Of a DNA stretch of 64,000 nt, positions 60,350-64,000 are shown in pieces (position 1 is the stretch's first letter; the number at the start of each line of letters is the position of its first letter). The notes below the pieces were generated by a model that was not told the origin of the DNA, searched no databases, and saw nothing but the letters and a program-made list of their open reading frames with translations. A program made the translations under genes and the position numbers. The stretch is from Bdellovibrionota bacterium (lineage in GTDB: Bacteria; Bdellovibrionota; FAC87; UBA2466). The stretch covers positions 10,144 to 74,143 of the forward strand of contig JBGTAN010000037.1 of the NCBI GenBank assembly GCA_041749855.1. Direction: 5' to 3'.

Positions 60350-61051
60350 ATGCATCGATTTCTTGCTCCCATCCCATTTAAACCCGGCGCCGAAATCGAA
60401 CTGGATCCCACGCAGTCGCGGCACCTGGCCAAAGTTTTGCGTGTCGAACAAGGGGAAGTCGTCGCCCTAATCAACGGACTGGGTGAAGTCGCTTTAGCCG
60501 ACGTTATGACAGTGCACTCCAAGCACGCTTGCGTCCGAGTGACGAGCGTCGAACGCGATCCCTTTCGATCCGCCATTCGACTTTGCTTTGGCATACCGAA
60601 AGGACAAGCGTTGGACGTGACGGTGCGACGTACGACTGAGTTGGGGATTGAGGGGTTTCAGCCGCTTCAGACGCGTTATTCGGTTCCCGTAAAAGGTTGG
60701 AAAGCCGACCGATGGGCAACCGTTGTTGCGGAGGTGGCAAAGCAGTGCGAGGTGCTCGTGTTTCCCCAGATCCACGAGCCACAGACTCTGGAGCAGTGGC
60801 TGCGTAGTCGCCCGGCGGGACGGGCACTGGTGCTTTGTTATGAAGAATCTCGGTTCGACAAAAGTGAGTTGGACTCGGGTACGCCGGTAGATCTTCTCAT
60901 CGGGCCTGAGGGCGGATTTCACCCCGATGAAGTAGAAGCCTTGAAGAAAGCAGGCGCCGCGCTTTTGGGGCTGGGGCGCAACCGGTTGCGTGCTGAAACT
61001 GCCGCCATTGTCGCGACCACCTTGGTCAAGAAACAAATGGGTGAGATTTAG
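60350..61051 (+). CDS. rsmE: 16S rRNA (uracil1498-N3)-methyltransferase
   Basis: RsmE PUA-like N-terminus plus SPOUT domain (LLIGPEGGF). Confidence 0.85.
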   Translation: MHRFLAPIPFKPGAEIELDPTQSRHLAKVLRVEQGEVVALINGLGEVALADVMTVHSKHACVRVTSVERDPFRSAIRLCFGIPKGQALDVTVRRTTELGIEGFQPLQTRYSVPVKGWKADRWATVVAEVAKQCEVLVFPQIHEPQTLEQWLRSRPAGRALVLCYEESRFDKSELDSGTPVDLLIGPEGGFHPDEVEALKKAGAALLGLGRNRLRAETAAIVATTLVKKQMGEI

Positions 61052-61081
61052 GTCTCCGAGCTGTTATCCTGACTCCAGCCT

Positions 61082-62101
61082 ATGTGGAAAGTCTTTCTCG
61101 CCTTTGTCTCGCACCGGCTTTTGCTTCTAATGGTTGCGTTCTTTGCCCTCCAGTCGACAGGGGGAGCTGGAACGGTGGCCGACAGGTTTTTCGATCGTGT
61201 TTCCGAGGGGCCAGAGGCGCAACAAGTACAAATGCTAGCGCATCAGCCGATTGGCACGGTCGTCACTCAAACTCGCAATCCCTTGCACTGGGCGGCCATT
61301 TTTCTTTCGAAGGTTTCGGGGGCTGACGTCGTTGCGTGTTTATTGGTCCTTTCCAATCTTCTGTTACTGCTTTTTCTTTGGGAGCTTTACCTTCTATTTA
61401 GCCGAATGGTCACCACCGACATTGCCACCTCTGGTGCCATCTTTGCGCTCCTGTGGCCGACTAGCTACGAACTGAGTCTTGGCTCAAGCATGACGCTTGC
61501 CTGTTTTTTTGTCGTCTTTTCCTTGAGACAAGCGATGGAACAACAATGGTGGTTTGCAGGGCCAGCGGCAGGCCTGCTCGCATTGATGGATCCCGTCGGT
61601 CTATTTCTGCTTCCTGCCTACCTTTATCTTTTTTGGAGTGTGCAGCGTTTCATGCCGTCAAGTCAGTGGAGCCGGAGCCTAGCCATCTTTATCGTGCCGG
61701 TGGTAGTGGGGGCTTTCCTATCAGGTCGGTCGCCTTCGGATTGGCTAACCTTGTTTGACCAATCGGCGCTACTCAACCTTTTCCAGATGCAGGGCGCACC
61801 CGGCAAAGCGCTGTTCTCGCATTCGATGGCCGGTCAAACCATCTCCTTGATTTTCTTTTTCCTAGGGGCGGCAGGCGCGCTTTTTAGTAACGTAAACCCC
61901 ATGCACCGATTTTTTCCGTTCTTTGTTTTGTTTGGTTTGGTGTGTAGTACGCCGTTTGCATCTTTGGCGTCGCGAGCGCCCCTCGCAGCTGTCTGCATGG
62001 AGGGCATTGCCTCTGCCTCATCAGGGATGGCAGCGAGAATCGTAGGTACGCTGATGGTGTTGCTGGGTGCGTATGAAGTTTATTCGGTGTTTGCCAGCTG
62101 A
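61082..62101 (+). CDS. Polytopic membrane protein, unknown function (GT-C/ArnT-like glycosyltransferase-like topology is only a guess)
   Basis: At least eight hydrophobic segments; no soluble catalytic motif. Confidence 0.5.
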   Translation: MWKVFLAFVSHRLLLLMVAFFALQSTGGAGTVADRFFDRVSEGPEAQQVQMLAHQPIGTVVTQTRNPLHWAAIFLSKVSGADVVACLLVLSNLLLLLFLWELYLLFSRMVTTDIATSGAIFALLWPTSYELSLGSSMTLACFFVVFSLRQAMEQQWWFAGPAAGLLALMDPVGLFLLPAYLYLFWSVQRFMPSSQWSRSLAIFIVPVVVGAFLSGRSPSDWLTLFDQSALLNLFQMQGAPGKALFSHSMAGQTISLIFFFLGAAGALFSNVNPMHRFFPFFVLFGLVCSTPFASLASRAPLAAVCMEGIASASSGMAARIVGTLMVLLGAYEVYSVFAS

Positions 62102-62102
62102 T

Positions 62103-62321
62103 TTACTGAAGCGTGAAGCGCTGCGGCGTCTTTGTTACGCCACATCCAGGGCAGCGGCAGTTTTCAATAACTTCGAAGTAACTTAGGTTCAAATCGTGGG
62201 TGAAAAGCAGCTTCGTGTTGCAGTAGGTGCAACGCTCGAATTGTTCAGGTGTGAGGCAGTTAATGTCATCCGTGGAACCGTCCAGGGTTGAAGACTCGAC
62301 TCGTGTGTAAGGCGATCGCAT
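62103..62321 (-). CDS. Small double zinc-ribbon protein (YfgJ/DUF1407-like)
   Basis: 72 aa with CxxxxxxxxCxxC ... CxCxxC arrangement (CLTPEQFERCTYC; CRCPGC). Confidence 0.5.
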   Translation of the reverse strand: MRSPYTRVESSTLDGSTDDINCLTPEQFERCTYCNTKLLFTHDLNLSYFEVIENCRCPGCGVTKTPQRFTLQ

Positions 62322-62474
62322 TTTTCGCTCTCTCCCGCAGTTTGGTCAGTGTGGAGGGTGGATTGTGAAGTTTCCCTCATAGTACTTATCGGAATCCCAG
62401 GCCGTGCATTGAGGAGTAAAAGGCATTTCTCCCTGGTTTGAATTCAGGTCTGCTTTCCGTTAGCTTGACCCCTC

Positions 62475-63437
62475 ATGGCGAACTATTCTTCTAGGCAGGC
62501 ACTTCTTGGTAGTTTGATCGACTATGCAGGCACGTTCCCGCCTGCTGCGCTCCCCCTTGAGAAGGCGCTCATCGAAGCCGTTTCCTTTCGCCGGAAAGCG
62601 CACCACCCCTGGCTGCTTTCGAAGATTGTGGTCACTATTGGCGATCTGAAGAAGCTTTCGCCGCGAGGTTGGTTTGACGCGGGGTCAGATGGCGCGCCGC
62701 TTCCACTCACGGTGATTGGCTCCGCAGTAGAAAAAACAACCGATTTTGAGCGTACCCTGGGTTTTGAGCTGCGCGAGCTGCGGCGGTTTAATGAGAAGTT
62801 TTATGATAGCTCGTTGCGACAGCGTGCCGTCGCGTACGAAGCGCGTTTTCCTGACGCCTGTCCAGTGGAGTCTATCCCGGCCATTTTGAAGGCGGCGTTA
62901 AACACCGCGAGTGGGGAGAAGGAGTTGGATCTCGATATTTACATTGAGCTGCCGTTAGATTCCGATTGGCAGTCGCGGCTGGCGCGCACGACCCAAACCC
63001 TTGCAGAATGGAATGAGGGTAAAGCGGGAACAGGAGCGGCCGGTTTCAAGATTCGCACCGGCGGGAAAATTACGCCCAGCCCCGATCAGTTGTCAGAAAT
63101 CCTTCAAGCCACCGTCACTCAAGGTTTGAGGTTCAAAGCCACGCAAGGATTGCACCATCCGATTTCAAAACCCGGTGACTATGGTTTTGTGAATCTTTTT
63201 GGTGCGCTTTGTTTTGCGCATGCACTTGGGCTGGAAGCGTTTGACACCCAGGTGATTTCGAAGTGTTTGCAAGAAAGCGACAAGACGGCTTTTCGATTTG
63301 AGCCAGATTCCTTTTCCTGGCTGGATTTTCGTCTGACGTGCGAGCAAATTGAATCCGCCAGGCGGCGCCACGCGGGGACCTTTGGAAGCTGTAGCCTCGA
63401 TGAGCCCGACGAGTTTTTGCAAACGGAATTAGGGTAG
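62475..63437 (+). CDS. Hypothetical protein (320 aa), no confidently recognisable family
   Basis: Long ORF with good coding character, followed 8 bp later by a fumarylacetoacetate hydrolase (FAH)-family gene. Confidence 0.5.
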   Translation: MANYSSRQALLGSLIDYAGTFPPAALPLEKALIEAVSFRRKAHHPWLLSKIVVTIGDLKKLSPRGWFDAGSDGAPLPLTVIGSAVEKTTDFERTLGFELRELRRFNEKFYDSSLRQRAVAYEARFPDACPVESIPAILKAALNTASGEKELDLDIYIELPLDSDWQSRLARTTQTLAEWNEGKAGTGAAGFKIRTGGKITPSPDQLSEILQATVTQGLRFKATQGLHHPISKPGDYGFVNLFGALCFAHALGLEAFDTQVISKCLQESDKTAFRFEPDSFSWLDFRLTCEQIESARRRHAGTFGSCSLDEPDEFLQTELG

Positions 63438-63445
63438 GAGAGTCC

Positions 63446-64000
63446 ATGAAGTTAGCGACAGTATCGGCAGGGCATTCACGTGACAGAAATGGTCGGCTGA
63501 TCATCGTATCCAGCGACAACAAACTAGCGGTCCGACCGGATCCTGAAGTGGCGCACTCGCTTCTGGAGGCACTGCAAAACTGGAAAGAGGTGTCCCCTGC
63601 GCTTCGTACCCTCTCTGCGGAACTGAACTCCGGAAAATGTGCAAAAGCTTATCCGTTGGATCTGAAAGAATGTCTTGCGCCATTGCCGAATTCCCCAGGG
63701 TTTTACGACGGTAGCGCATTTCTTTCGCACGTCGTGCGCGCACGAAAATCAAGAGGCGATGAAATGCCGGATTCGGCAAAGAAAGTGCCGCTGATGTATC
63801 AAGGTGTGAGCGACAATCTCTTGTCTGCTACAGCGCCTTTGGATCTCATGAATCCCGAGTTTGGGGGAGACTTTGAAGGTGAGTTTGCCGTTATTACTAC
63901 GGACGTGCCCAAGGGAACCCCGTCCGACAAACTGGCTCCTCATTTCGCGCTCTTTTCGATGTTCAACGACATTACCTATCGAGTGCTTGTGAAGTCAGAG
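63446..64000 (+). CDS. FAH family protein, N-terminal part (runs off the window; not in ORF track)
   Basis: ATG at 63446 preceded by aggag; open frame to the window end; MKLATV...GRLIIVS... N-terminal domain typical of the FAH family (HpcE/MhpD-like). Confidence 0.55.
   Translation, partial: MKLATVSAGHSRDRNGRLIIVSSDNKLAVRPDPEVAHSLLEALQNWKEVSPALRTLSAELNSGKCAKAYPLDLKECLAPLPNSPGFYDGSAFLSHVVRARKSRGDEMPDSAKKVPLMYQGVSDNLLSATAPLDLMNPEFGGDFEGEFAVITTDVPKGTPSDKLAPHFALFSMFNDITYRVLVKSE

Noticed and set aside
1-64000. CRISPR arrays, integrases, transposases, prophage or toxin-antitoxin modules
   Set aside because: No regularly spaced direct repeats, no recombinase-like ORFs and essentially no non-coding space where such elements could reside.

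Overview
Compact, gene-dense bacterial chromosomal window of about 55% GC, with mostly 0-60 bp intergenic spacers, many 4-bp overlaps and four convergent gene overlaps. Most of it is recognisable housekeeping metabolism. In order: ispG (3' end); RNase E/G; a purF-purL-purQ-purS-purC-purB operon that continues upstream into secreted and lipoprotein genes, a patatin-like gene and tlyA; dxs-ispA-xseB; livKHMGF; nadCBA; a long minus-strand array alaS-lptF/G-def-lipoprotein-fmt-rpe-hutHUI; bioB; a membrane HdrD-like Fe-S protein; a C-N hydrolase; gshB and gshA; tRNA-Ala; a peptidoglycan-remodelling cluster (NodB deacetylase, NamZ/DUF1343, MltD-like lytic transglycosylase, DacB/PBP4); a REC-GGDEF regulator; and rsmE. 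No CRISPR, prophage, integrase or transposase was seen. Things worth follow-up: a roughly 247-aa hyper-charged repetitive insertion inside the S1 region of RNase E/G; a patatin-like lipoprotein lacking the GxSxG nucleophile, co-operonic with two large uncharacterised secreted/lipoproteins and the pur genes; a 30-bp perfect nested palindrome abutting the ribosome-binding site (RBS) of the Fe-S oxidoreductase gene; a tRNA-Ala 5'-half duplicate fused to a long hairpin; a stand-alone Cache-like sensor protein; and the peptidoglycan-sculpting cluster, which is reminiscent of predatory (Bdellovibrio-like) toolkits (low confidence on taxonomy). One ORF-track entry (599..1585) is labelled + but actually reads on the minus strand.
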